From contig JAFRHR010000060.1 of assembly GCA_017433195.1 (NCBI GenBank), forward strand, positions 8,258 to 72,257: a stretch of DNA of 64,000 nucleotides, given 5' to 3'. Below the pieces are notes generated by a model. The model was not told the origin of the DNA, did no database searches, and saw only the letters and a list, made by a program, of their open reading frames with translations. Below are positions 49,828 to 58,333 of this stretch, piece by piece. How positions within the stretch are numbered: the stretch's first letter is position 1; each line of letters opens with the position of its first letter. The stretch is from a bacterium. GTDB lineage: Bacteria; Cyanobacteriota; Vampirovibrionia; Gastranaerophilales; Gastranaerophilaceae. The position numbers and the translations under genes are program-made.

Positions 49828-50961
49828 ATGGTCAAAGAAATGTCCGACGGCGATTTCGAGGAATTGCTGAGAGGGTTTGACTATACTTTTAAGAAGGGGG
49901 ATTTAGTTAAAGGTATAGTATACGGATATGATTCCGATGGTGCTATTGTTGATATTGGTGCAAAGGCAGTTGCCTCAGTTCCCGAAAGAGAAGCAAGCTA
50001 CGAAGAGAACATAATAATTTCATCAGTATTAGAAAAAGGAAAGGAATACGAATTTCTAATCATTCGCGAAGAAGATGAAGAAGGTAAATTCTTATTATCC
50101 AGAAAGCGTGTTGATTTGGCTTATGCTTGGAAAGAGCTTGAAAAAATCAAAGAAGCCGATGAAATCATAGAAGGAACCATTACACAGTGTGTAAAAGGCG
50201 GTTTAATCGTTGATATCATTGGGGTTAAAGGTTTTGTTCCGTCAAGTCAGCTGCGTAACAAAGATATGGAATGTACTGTTGGTGATAAAATTCAGTTAAA
50301 AATCCTGACTCTCGACAGTCAGCAGGGTAACTTCATTTTATCAAACAAGAAAGTATTCAAAGAAACAACCGAAGAAGTTAAAAAAGCCGTATTCTCACAG
50401 ATTGAAATAGGTCAAATCGTAAAAGGTGAAGTCGTAAGAATTACAGACTTCGGCGCATTTGTTGATATCGGCGGAGTAGATTGTCTGCTTCCTTTATCCC
50501 AAATATCATGGCGCTGGGTTGAACACCCTACCGATTTACTTAAAATAGGCGAAAAAATTGAAGTTGAAGTAATTGACGTTGATCACGCAAAACAGCGCAT
50601 AAGCCTGAGCCTGAAAAACGTAAAACCTGATCCGTGGCTTGAAGCGGAAAAAGAAATAAAAGAAGGCGACATCAGAGAAGGGACAATTACAAGAATTAAA
50701 AACTTTGGTGCTTTTGTTGAGATTTATCCGGGAGTTGAAGCATTATTGCCACACAACGAATTAACGGAATATCAAAATAAAAACAATTGTATTTTCAAAA
50801 TAGGTGATAAAATCAAGGCTTCAATAAACAAATTCAATCCATCAGACAAGCGAATTTCATTGGGTTTAGAAGTAAATGAAGCTCCTGCTGAAGAGAAAAA
50901 GCCAAGAGCAAAAAAGACTAAAAAAGAAGCAGAAGAAACTACAGAACCCCCTGAAGAATAG
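49828..50961 (+). CDS. S1 RNA-binding domain protein (second S1 paralogue, 4 S1 domains, K/E tail)
   Basis: Same repeated S1 motifs as rpsA (GEVVRITDFGAFVDIGG.D.LLP.SQISW). Confidence 0.8.
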   Translation: MVKEMSDGDFEELLRGFDYTFKKGDLVKGIVYGYDSDGAIVDIGAKAVASVPEREASYEENIIISSVLEKGKEYEFLIIREEDEEGKFLLSRKRVDLAYAWKELEKIKEADEIIEGTITQCVKGGLIVDIIGVKGFVPSSQLRNKDMECTVGDKIQLKILTLDSQQGNFILSNKKVFKETTEEVKKAVFSQIEIGQIVKGEVVRITDFGAFVDIGGVDCLLPLSQISWRWVEHPTDLLKIGEKIEVEVIDVDHAKQRISLSLKNVKPDPWLEAEKEIKEGDIREGTITRIKNFGAFVEIYPGVEALLPHNELTEYQNKNNCIFKIGDKIKASINKFNPSDKRISLGLEVNEAPAEEKKPRAKKTKKEAEETTEPPEE

Positions 50962-51505
50962 TTTCTAAGGCTTTCGGACAAAGTCCTATAATGTTTTCAA
51001 GACTACCCGATATACTGTCTATCCAGTTGTCGGGCAATTCTTGTATACCGTAACTGCCTGCTTTATCAAACGGCCTAAACTCTGTTATGTAACTCTTTAT
51101 CTGCTCATCAGTAAGATTATTAAATCTTACGGTACTTGTTACGGCAGTTTGTTTTAATTTCTTAGATTCAGTATCCAAAACACATATTGCAGTAACAACT
51201 TTATGCTCATTTCCGGATAATTTTCTGAGCATTGAAAAAGCCTCGTCTTCAGTTTTAGGCTTATTCATAATCTCTCCGTCTAAAACAACCACTGTATCCG
51301 CAGAAATAATAACAGCATTATAACTTATCTGTTCAGATACGTTAAAAACCTTTTGCCTTGCAAGCTCTTCAACTTTTTCATAAGAAAAAGTATTGTCATC
51401 ATGCTTTTCCTTTGCAAGAGACGGGATAATTTCAAATTCTAATCCCATATCTTTTAAAATCTTTATTCTTCTCGGTGATTTTGATGCCAAAACTATTTTC
51501 TTCAT
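50939..51505 (-). CDS. maf: Maf-like nucleoside triphosphate pyrophosphatase
   Basis: IVLASKSPRR..IL...G..FEI, SADTVV and AGSYGIQ. Confidence 0.85.
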   Translation of the reverse strand: MKKIVLASKSPRRIKILKDMGLEFEIIPSLAKEKHDDNTFSYEKVEELARQKVFNVSEQISYNAVIISADTVVVLDGEIMNKPKTEDEAFSMLRKLSGNEHKVVTAICVLDTESKKLKQTAVTSTVRFNNLTDEQIKSYITEFRPFDKAGSYGIQELPDNWIDSISGSLENIIGLCPKALETILQGVL

Positions 51506-51545
51506 ATAACAATTTTATCAGAAAACTCCAAAAGTTTTAACAATA

Positions 51546-52799
51546 TTATTTTATTATTGTTACTGCATTTGAAAGCGGGATACCGCCCTGAACTGCGGGC
51601 TTGTTAACAACGACTCCGTCAACATACATAACGGTTGAACCGCCACCATCCAAGTTCATTGCGTTAATACAACCTAACTCTTTCATAAGCTGTCCCAATT
51701 CATTCAATGTTAAACCTATTGAACTACCTTCACGACCGTCTGCCGTTATAAGTATCAGATGATTTTCTTCTGTATAACCAATTGCTGTTCTCGGGTTTCT
51801 TCCGCCAATTGCCGTTAATTTTTCTTCTGTCATATCAACAAAAACTTCGCCGTTTTTGACTAAATAAGGTCCTCCGCTTATTATGTGGTTTACACCGTCC
51901 CATTCAGGCATAACTTTTAAATTTACATCGATTTTTTGTCCTTGTTTTACCCCTTCAACTTTTGATTTTGGGGCTACCACAACATAACCGTTTTTAGGAA
52001 TTTCAAATCTCTGCGTGCCTATTTCTCTAACTCTTTTATCCTCAATCAGCAATTGTACTCCGCCGGAAGGAGAAGGGGGCGAATATTGCCCCCAATCGGA
52101 AGTGTAAATCAGGACATAACTACTCAGCATACGGGGCTGATTGATATTATCGATTTTGATTTCGTTATGCCCATACCTCAAAGTACCGTTGAACTGAACT
52201 CTTGCCATATCATATTTGTCATTAAAAAGACCTATAGCGACTCTGTCGTATATAGGTCCTGTATAAAGCTTTTTATTTATCATTAATGTCCCTAAAGGAA
52301 CTCCTGTTTGCGGTTTAAAATATGTACCGTTTACTGCTGCAAGTGTTTTATGTTTGTTTGAAATGTTTTTTATCTTAGAGCGATGAGCTAAAGTCTCTGA
52401 TGCTAATGTTGGCTTAACTTCTAATTGCGGATTAAGGCTTTTGTCTAATTCAATTATATTTAACCTTACGGGACGCCCTTTGTAATTTCTTGTTAGCTTA
52501 ATATGATATATCCCTATGTCTATCGGCTTTATAACTACATTGTACCCAGCCTTTTTATATTTGGTATTTATCTCCTCTTCGAAAATTTTAAGCTTATCTT
52601 TAACAAATAAATTATGCTGAACTTTATCCTTTTCCTTATCAATGGAGTTTATTATCGGCGGAACAACAATTCCCTGCGCTAACAATTCATTCGCCGCAAA
52701 CCCTCTGTTTTGAAAAAATACTATCCCCGTCACTGCAACCGTGCTTAAAAAAATCGCTATAACCGTTTTGTTTTTTTTGCATGGCAAATGAGTATCCAT
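51546..52799 (-). CDS. phosphodiester glycosidase family protein (NAGPA/DUF2233-like)
   Basis: N-terminal TM helix, AAVNGTYF, and C-terminal AMNLDGGGSTVMYV. Confidence 0.7.
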   Translation of the reverse strand: MDTHLPCKKNKTVIAIFLSTVAVTGIVFFQNRGFAANELLAQGIVVPPIINSIDKEKDKVQHNLFVKDKLKIFEEEINTKYKKAGYNVVIKPIDIGIYHIKLTRNYKGRPVRLNIIELDKSLNPQLEVKPTLASETLAHRSKIKNISNKHKTLAAVNGTYFKPQTGVPLGTLMINKKLYTGPIYDRVAIGLFNDKYDMARVQFNGTLRYGHNEIKIDNINQPRMLSSYVLIYTSDWGQYSPPSPSGGVQLLIEDKRVREIGTQRFEIPKNGYVVVAPKSKVEGVKQGQKIDVNLKVMPEWDGVNHIISGGPYLVKNGEVFVDMTEEKLTAIGGRNPRTAIGYTEENHLILITADGREGSSIGLTLNELGQLMKELGCINAMNLDGGGSTVMYVDGVVVNKPAVQGGIPLSNAVTIIK

Positions 52800-53173
52800 T
52801 TTTCTGCCCTTTACTGGTTGATTTTACGGATACCTTTTTTATTAGAGAGTGGTGTGGGGTATAACACTCTTGAGAAAGCCGGATTTTGACTTATACGTTC
52901 CTCTACTATTATTTTAGCACAATAAGTGTATTTTTTCAACCCTCTAAAAGACAGTTATAGCAATAACTTTACAAAACTAAATAGTGTAAAATCCACACAT
53001 AGCGTGGCGTGTAACAAATACACTTATTAATTGGGTTAAGTATTTTATGCATTGTTAAAAATTATTACAAAACATAAATATATTTATCCCCAAAAAGTCA
53101 ATTTTTTTTGAGTAAAAAACTTTATCTATATATAGAGGAAATAATTTTTTATTGGAAATTTAGAGGAAAATAT

Positions 53174-53377
53174 ATGACAGAAGAAGAATTAAATACATTA
53201 ATGTCAGTCGTAAGTGATCCTATTTGCAACGTGTATCATATTGACAGCAGAAAAGACGTTGAAGAAATTCAGCGTATGATAAGAATATTTAATATTTCAG
53301 CAGCACAAAAGAATAAGCACAGATTGTTATCAATAAAGAATTTAGCGACATTCAGACTTATGTTAAGCAATAACTAA
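53174..53377 (+). CDS. small hypothetical protein (67 aa)
   Basis: ATG follows GAGG. Terminator immediately downstream. Confidence 0.35.
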   Translation: MTEEELNTLMSVVSDPICNVYHIDSRKDVEEIQRMIRIFNISAAQKNKHRLLSIKNLATFRLMLSNN

Positions 53378-53402
53378 TAACAACAATGAGATGATAAGAT
53401 AA

Positions 53403-53434
53403 AAAAGGCTTGCCCTTTGGGCAAGCCTTTTAGT
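53403..53434. terminator. bidirectional rho-independent terminator
   Basis: AAAGGCTTGCCC-TTT-GGGCAAGCCTTT. Lies between convergent genes. Confidence 0.6.
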
Positions 53435-53447
53435 TTAATTTAAACTT

Positions 53448-54842
53448 TTATTTAAGACAAATTGTTCTTAGTTTTAATATCCAAATTCTTCTTTTAAGGT
53501 TTCTTATATCACTCTTTTGCTGTTTTATTTGAGTTTCAAGCTCGGATACTTTATTTGTCAGCGCAACGCTTTTTTCTGACGGATTTTTAAGGCTTACAAT
53601 TATATCAGATATTTTTTTATTAAGTTCTTTAATTGCATTTACCATTGCGTAGAAAATATCTTCCTGACGAATTGTATAATAGCCCTCATTATCTTTTGAA
53701 ACAGCATTCGGGAAGATTTTAATCAATTCCTGAGCTACAACCCCAACTCTTTTATTTTTGGGGTCGTTCTTAAAAGTATAATTATAAACTTTTAATTGAT
53801 TTATTTTATCCATGCCTGAGGTATATTCGCCTCCGACATTTTTTAATCTTGAATCTGAAGATTGAACAGGATTTGAACAATAAAGATCATTCACAATTAT
53901 CTCATTTGCACTTAATGTATGCGGAGAGTATGTGGTACCCATAAAAGCAACATTCATGTTTGGTCCGCCTAATATCACAGAATTTGGATAAGATATAGCA
54001 ATTTTGGGTTCAAATGAATGACCAATACCACCAATCGGATCAATCTCTCCGGCAGTTATGCCTGACGCCGTCGTCCCGTGACTAATAAGAATAGTATTCT
54101 GCACAGAAGTAGTTGATTCTTTTCCGATAACGTACGAATCATTTGAAGCTGCAGTCGCATTATCACCCATTGCCAGAGAGTTTATCCCCGAAGCCACCGC
54201 ATAAGGGCCTACAGCAATAGCCCCTTCTGCTGCCGCATTTGTATAATACCCAATAGCTATTGAATTCGCACTGTTTGCTATTGCTTTGTAACCTATCGCA
54301 ATAGCATTATTTCCGGAAGCAACAGCTCCGTTACTCCCAATAGCAATACTATTAACTCCGCTTGCAGATACATTACTACCAATTGCAACAGAATTCGAAT
54401 TATAACCGGTAACATTTCCTAAAACGACTGCATTTGATATTTCACTATTATTTGAACTCGAAAATTTTCCCAAAAATAATCCTTTATCTGAGACAGTAAT
54501 ACTGCCTTTTTTCTGTGCATTTTGATAAAATGAAATATGGTTAGCAACACCATCAGAATTAATTGCTAATCTCGGAAGCGGAGGAGGAGTTTCATATTCT
54601 TCAACCACTTCAACAGGAATGGTTCCGGAACCTATAATTGCAGTTACATTTCGGCCTTCTCTGTTAAATACAGCATTTGTTGTATTACCAACCCATTCCC
54701 ACGGATTATTTCCTTTGCCTCCCCGAGTTCTGATTGTTCTTTTTGTTATAATCGGGGTTGAGGCAGCAAGAATAACAGCTATGACCAAAAGTGCGACCAT
54801 AACTTCCGCTAACGTAAACCCTTTTTTCGTAAATTTCTTCAT
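53448..54842 (-). CDS. prepilin-signal / YadA-head-like repeat / S74 chaperone-domain fibre protein, paralogue 3
   Basis: MKKFTKKG|FTLAEVMVALLVIAVI. About 7 N[SA]IAIG-type 14-residue repeats. SDSRLKN...YNYTFKNDP..RVGVVAQEL..IFP.AV. C-terminal coiled coil. Confidence 0.8.
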   Translation of the reverse strand: MKKFTKKGFTLAEVMVALLVIAVILAASTPIITKRTIRTRGGKGNNPWEWVGNTTNAVFNREGRNVTAIIGSGTIPVEVVEEYETPPPLPRLAINSDGVANHISFYQNAQKKGSITVSDKGLFLGKFSSSNNSEISNAVVLGNVTGYNSNSVAIGSNVSASGVNSIAIGSNGAVASGNNAIAIGYKAIANSANSIAIGYYTNAAAEGAIAVGPYAVASGINSLAMGDNATAASNDSYVIGKESTTSVQNTILISHGTTASGITAGEIDPIGGIGHSFEPKIAISYPNSVILGGPNMNVAFMGTTYSPHTLSANEIIVNDLYCSNPVQSSDSRLKNVGGEYTSGMDKINQLKVYNYTFKNDPKNKRVGVVAQELIKIFPNAVSKDNEGYYTIRQEDIFYAMVNAIKELNKKISDIIVSLKNPSEKSVALTNKVSELETQIKQQKSDIRNLKRRIWILKLRTICLK

Positions 54843-56149
54843 TAACTGTTATTCCTCAACTTAACTTCAATTGAATTTATTTCTTTTTTTAGTTTCTCTA
54901 TATCGTTTGCATTCTTTTCTGCCTGTTTTGAAAGTTTTTTGATTTTTAAATCAACCGAAACGACTACTTTATTTAAATCTGTTACTTGCTTGATAATATC
55001 TTTAATTTTTATATCAAACTCCTTGAGTGCATTAACCATTGTATAGAAAATATCTTCCTGACGTATTAAATAATACCCATTCTCGTCTTTTGAAACGGCA
55101 TCAGGGAATATTTTCATTAATTGCTGAGCAATAACACCTACTCTTTGCTTTGAAGGATCATTTTTAAATGTATAATTATAAATTTTTAATTTGTTTAATT
55201 TATCAAACCCTAAAATATACTCATTATTAATATTTTTTAATCTTAAATCTGAAGATTGAGGAGTATTTGAAGCAGTCAAAGTGCTTGCGTTAATACTATT
55301 TATATACATGGTTGCCGGAGAATACGTATTACCATTCAAAATAACCTTCATAGAAGGACTACCCAAAACAACGTGTCCGGAATAACTGTTACTCTGACCG
55401 GGCAAATAAGTGTAGGTACTTTCAGCCAACAAAGTAGTTCCATGTCCAATAACTATTGAATTTGATACTGCAACATTTGAGTCTTCTCCTATAATCATCG
55501 TTCCGATTCCGCTTACCACAGAATTACGCCCCAAAATTGCAGAATAATTTCCGGAAACAGTTGTGTCAGGACCTATTGCAATTGCATTATTGGCTCGAGC
55601 ATGTGCATCTTTTCCTATTCCAATAGAATTGCCATACACATCTGTTGATTCTCCTATTGAAACAGCATCATTACCCCCGCCGCTGGCATAACCTATAGTC
55701 ACCCCATTATTATGTGTATACGAGCCATTTCCTATTACAACAGAATTAGAACCTATATTGATTCCACGCCCGATAGCAACTGAATTAGAATCGTCCTCAT
55801 TTTGGAAGTAAATATTACTTCCGAAGAAAACTCCGTCATTATTTACTTTAAGACTACCTGCTTTTACATCATTATTATAAAAACCTAAGTGATCTATATT
55901 ATTAGAGTTTGCATGAATAACAACTCTTACAACATTATTTTGTAAATAACCGCCGCCACCTATAAGAAGTACCGAATTGTTTGTTGAATCAAAATATGCT
56001 GCATTGTTATTGCCCCATTTCCATGCTCTGTTAAGCGCCGCTCTTTGCCTTGTCATAGTTTGGGTAATAACAGGTACAGAAACTGCAGTAATAATAGCTA
56101 TTACCATTAGTGAAATTAAAATTTCCGTGAGCGTGAAACCTTTTTTCAT
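54842..56149 (-). CDS. prepilin-signal / YadA-head-like repeat / S74 chaperone-domain fibre protein, paralogue 2
   Basis: MKKG|FTLTEILISLMVIAII. NSVAIG/NSVVIG/DAVSIG/NAIAIG repeats. SDLRLKN...YNYTFKNDPSKQRVGVIAQQLMKIFPDAV. Coiled coil. Stop shares 1 nt with the next start. Confidence 0.8.
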   Translation of the reverse strand: MKKGFTLTEILISLMVIAIITAVSVPVITQTMTRQRAALNRAWKWGNNNAAYFDSTNNSVLLIGGGGYLQNNVVRVVIHANSNNIDHLGFYNNDVKAGSLKVNNDGVFFGSNIYFQNEDDSNSVAIGRGINIGSNSVVIGNGSYTHNNGVTIGYASGGGNDAVSIGESTDVYGNSIGIGKDAHARANNAIAIGPDTTVSGNYSAILGRNSVVSGIGTMIIGEDSNVAVSNSIVIGHGTTLLAESTYTYLPGQSNSYSGHVVLGSPSMKVILNGNTYSPATMYINSINASTLTASNTPQSSDLRLKNINNEYILGFDKLNKLKIYNYTFKNDPSKQRVGVIAQQLMKIFPDAVSKDENGYYLIRQEDIFYTMVNALKEFDIKIKDIIKQVTDLNKVVVSVDLKIKKLSKQAEKNANDIEKLKKEINSIEVKLRNNS

Positions 56150-57630
56150 TCAGTCACCTCACTTTTCTTATTTTTTAAAGAATCAACTTTTAATTCAAGA
56201 TTTTTAACTCTCTGTTTCAGCAGTTTTATTTCCTGAGCGTTATACTCTGTCTGCTTAGATAGATTTTCGACTCTTAATTCCATATCTGCCATATCTTTGT
56301 TGATATTTGAAATACTTGTCATTATATTTTTAATTTTTTTATCAAACTCCTTAAGTGCGTTGACCATGGAATAAAAAATATCTTCCTGACGAATCATATA
56401 ATACCCGTCTTCATCTTTTGATACGGCATCAGGAAAAATTTTCATTAATTGTTGAGCAATAACACCTACTCTTTGTTTTGAGGGATCAGCTTTAAACGTA
56501 TAGTTATAAATTTTTAGTTTATTTAATTTGTCAATCCCGGAAGTGTATTCACCAATAATATTTTTTAATCTTAAATCTGACGGAGCCGTATAATTACTAC
56601 TTGTAATACTATTTGCATAAATTGCGTTTGCATAAATTGTTTTGGCAGTAACTGTATTACCATTCAAAACAACAGAGCTGTTACCTCCGATTATCACAGT
56701 ATTATTTGCATCAATACTGTGATTTGAACCTGAATACTTACAAGTATATGTATTACTTGTGGTTGAGGTCATATTTGTATTATGAGAAATTAAAATAACA
56801 TTATTTACATAATTACTACCTTTTGCCATATTAAAAGTTGAATTATTTCCTATAACAAAAATCTGATTTCCTACTGCTGTTGCCCCATATCCAAGAGCCA
56901 AAGCATTTTTTACCTGAGGAGGAGTATATTTTGAAGCATTTGCTGCGGTGCCGATAGCAATAGACTCCATCATAGATTTCGCACCGGAGCCGATAGCAAT
57001 CCCCATACTAGTATAAGTTTGCTGCTTATCGGAAACATGACAATCCAATTCATTAGTCTCTGAATTAAACGTACATTGGGGAGCTGTAGTTGCACTATTT
57101 CCTATTGCTATTGAGTCATATATTAAAGATGCAGCATTATTACCAATTGCAACATCACGAGACATAGTTAAGGTATTTTGTCCGATATTAACAGAATTAC
57201 GACCATAGACTCTGACACTTCCTATACCAACAGCCGCTGCATTACTAACATTGGCACCAAACCCCCCGATAGAAGTCAAATAAGGGGAGTCACCTAAAAA
57301 ATATCCTTTATTATTTACTGTTAAAGCACCTTTTTTTAATCCATTTTGATAATAAGCAATGTCATCAATATAATTATCAACAGTTCTTATAGCCATTCTC
57401 GGGCGCGGATTTGCATTAAGCCCGCCTAAGCCAACGAGCAATGACCTGTCATCACCACCACTGTTATACTTAGCATTTGAGGTATTTCCAATCCATTCCC
57501 AAGGTTGCCCTGTTTGTTGGCTTAAGTCTACTCTTGTTTTTTGGGTAATAATAGAAGCGGACGCAGCCATAACAACTACTACGACCAGAAGTGCGATTAT
57601 AACTTCAGCAAGAGTAAATCCTCGTTTCAT
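56146..57630 (-). CDS. prepilin-signal / YadA-head-like repeat / S74 chaperone-domain fibre protein, paralogue 1
   Basis: MKRG|FTLAEVIIALLVVVVV. NSVNIG/DVAIG/DSIAIG/MGIAIG/ESIAIG repeats. SDLRLKN...YNYTFKADPSKQRVGVIAQQLMKIFPDAV. Coiled coil. 4-nt overlap with the next gene. Confidence 0.8.
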   Translation of the reverse strand: MKRGFTLAEVIIALLVVVVVMAASASIITQKTRVDLSQQTGQPWEWIGNTSNAKYNSGGDDRSLLVGLGGLNANPRPRMAIRTVDNYIDDIAYYQNGLKKGALTVNNKGYFLGDSPYLTSIGGFGANVSNAAAVGIGSVRVYGRNSVNIGQNTLTMSRDVAIGNNAASLIYDSIAIGNSATTAPQCTFNSETNELDCHVSDKQQTYTSMGIAIGSGAKSMMESIAIGTAANASKYTPPQVKNALALGYGATAVGNQIFVIGNNSTFNMAKGSNYVNNVILISHNTNMTSTTSNTYTCKYSGSNHSIDANNTVIIGGNSSVVLNGNTVTAKTIYANAIYANSITSSNYTAPSDLRLKNIIGEYTSGIDKLNKLKIYNYTFKADPSKQRVGVIAQQLMKIFPDAVSKDEDGYYMIRQEDIFYSMVNALKEFDKKIKNIMTSISNINKDMADMELRVENLSKQTEYNAQEIKLLKQRVKNLELKVDSLKNKKSEVTE

Positions 57631-57664
57631 TTAGCCCCTTTTTACCATAGATAATATACTAAAC

Positions 57665-57693
57665 ATTTTAACTCATATTACACTATTTTACAA
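57665..57693 (-). promoter_or_regulatory. candidate sigma-70 promoter for the fibre operon
   Basis: Minus strand reads TTGTAA, 17-nt spacer, TAAAAT, about 35 nt upstream of the first ATG. A TTACAAcaaTTGTAA palindrome lies at 57711-57725. Confidence 0.25.
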
Positions 57694-57839
57694 TTTTTAA
57701 GGGGTAAATATTACAACAATTGTAAATAAAAAAGTTTTGTGTTAGAAATAAAAATGAAAATAAAAAGTTTTCGAATTGAAAATTGAATATGGGTGACGGG
57801 CAGAAAAATTGTAACACAAAAAGATTAACACCCACCCTG

Positions 57840-57859
57840 CCCTCCCTAATTAGGGAGGG
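57840..57859. repeat. perfect 20-nt palindrome CCCTCCCTAATTAGGGAGGG
   Basis: Same pyrimidine-arm/purine-arm hairpin style as the inner hairpins at 17811-17857. Confidence 0.7.
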
Positions 57860-57916
57860 AGCAAGTCTCGTTTTGCAAAGCAAAACTAAAGAGTTGCGGG
57901 AGGGTATCTTACAGGC

Positions 57917-58234
57917 ACTCTGCCGAGCGGGATTTGCGGACGGATGAAACAAAGTGTAATCCGGATAGCGAGGTTTGAAGTTGCGACAGTGATAACGAAG
58001 CAACGGCAAAACCGAGCGTGGAGCAAATCCAAGACAGCAAAACAATTAAGTATTGTTTTGCGAGAGGTAGCACGGAGTGCGCTACAACCCGAAAATTGAA
58101 AATTTAATAATATGGGCGATTGGCGCAGTTGACTCTGCCGAGCAAATGATTAAGTATCATTTGCGAGAGGTAGCACGGAGTGCGCTACCACCCGAAAACT
58201 GAAAATTTAATAATGTGGGCGATTGGCGCAGTTG
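57917..58234 (+). repeat. tandem duplication of the tRNA-Val leader plus the first 18 nt of the tRNA (units 57917-58131 and 58132-58234)
   Basis: Both units read ACTCTGCCGAGC-[hairpin]-GCGAGAGGTAGCACGGAGTGCGCTAC.ACCCGAAAA.TGAAAATTTAATAAT.TGGGCGATTGGCGCAGTTG. Unit 1 ends in a dead tRNA fragment (58114-58131). Confidence 0.75.
57929..58038. repeat. small palindromic element C, copy 2 (inserted in duplication unit 1)
   Basis: The 3' ~75 nt are about 85% identical to 15888-15987. Subterminal inverted repeat GGATTTGC...GCAAATCC. Confidence 0.6.
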
Positions 58235-58292
58235 GTAGCGCACTTGAACGACATTCAAGGGGTCACAAGTTCGAGCCTTGTATCGCCCACCA
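58217..58292 (+). tRNA. tRNA-Val (anticodon GAC), CCA encoded
   Basis: Cloverleaf: acceptor GGGCGAT/ATCGCCC, D stem GCGC/GCGC, anticodon stem CTTGA/TCAAG with loop ACGACAT, T arm ACAAG-TTCGAGC-CTTGT, discriminator A. Position 33 is C, not U. Confidence 0.85.
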
Positions 58293-58293
58293 T

Positions 58294-58333
58294 AAAAAGA
58301 GAAATGACTTTTGTTATTTCTCTTTTTATTTTG
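58294..58333 (+). terminator. rho-independent terminator after tRNA-Val
   Basis: AAAGAGAAAT-10 nt-ATTTCTCTTT followed by TTATTTT. Confidence 0.55.

Noticed and set aside
50939-50961. A 23-nt convergent overlap between the S1 paralogue (+) and maf (-).
   Set aside because: This is probably just compact genome packing, or a slightly mis-set end. Nothing in the sequence suggests a regulatory role.
52800-53173. A 370-bp non-coding gap upstream of the phosphodiester glycosidase gene, examined for an ncRNA.
   Set aside because: It contains only short imperfect hairpins (GAGAGTG...CACTCT and AATAGTGTA...TACACTTATT), with nothing matching a known RNA family by eye. A covariance-model search would be needed.
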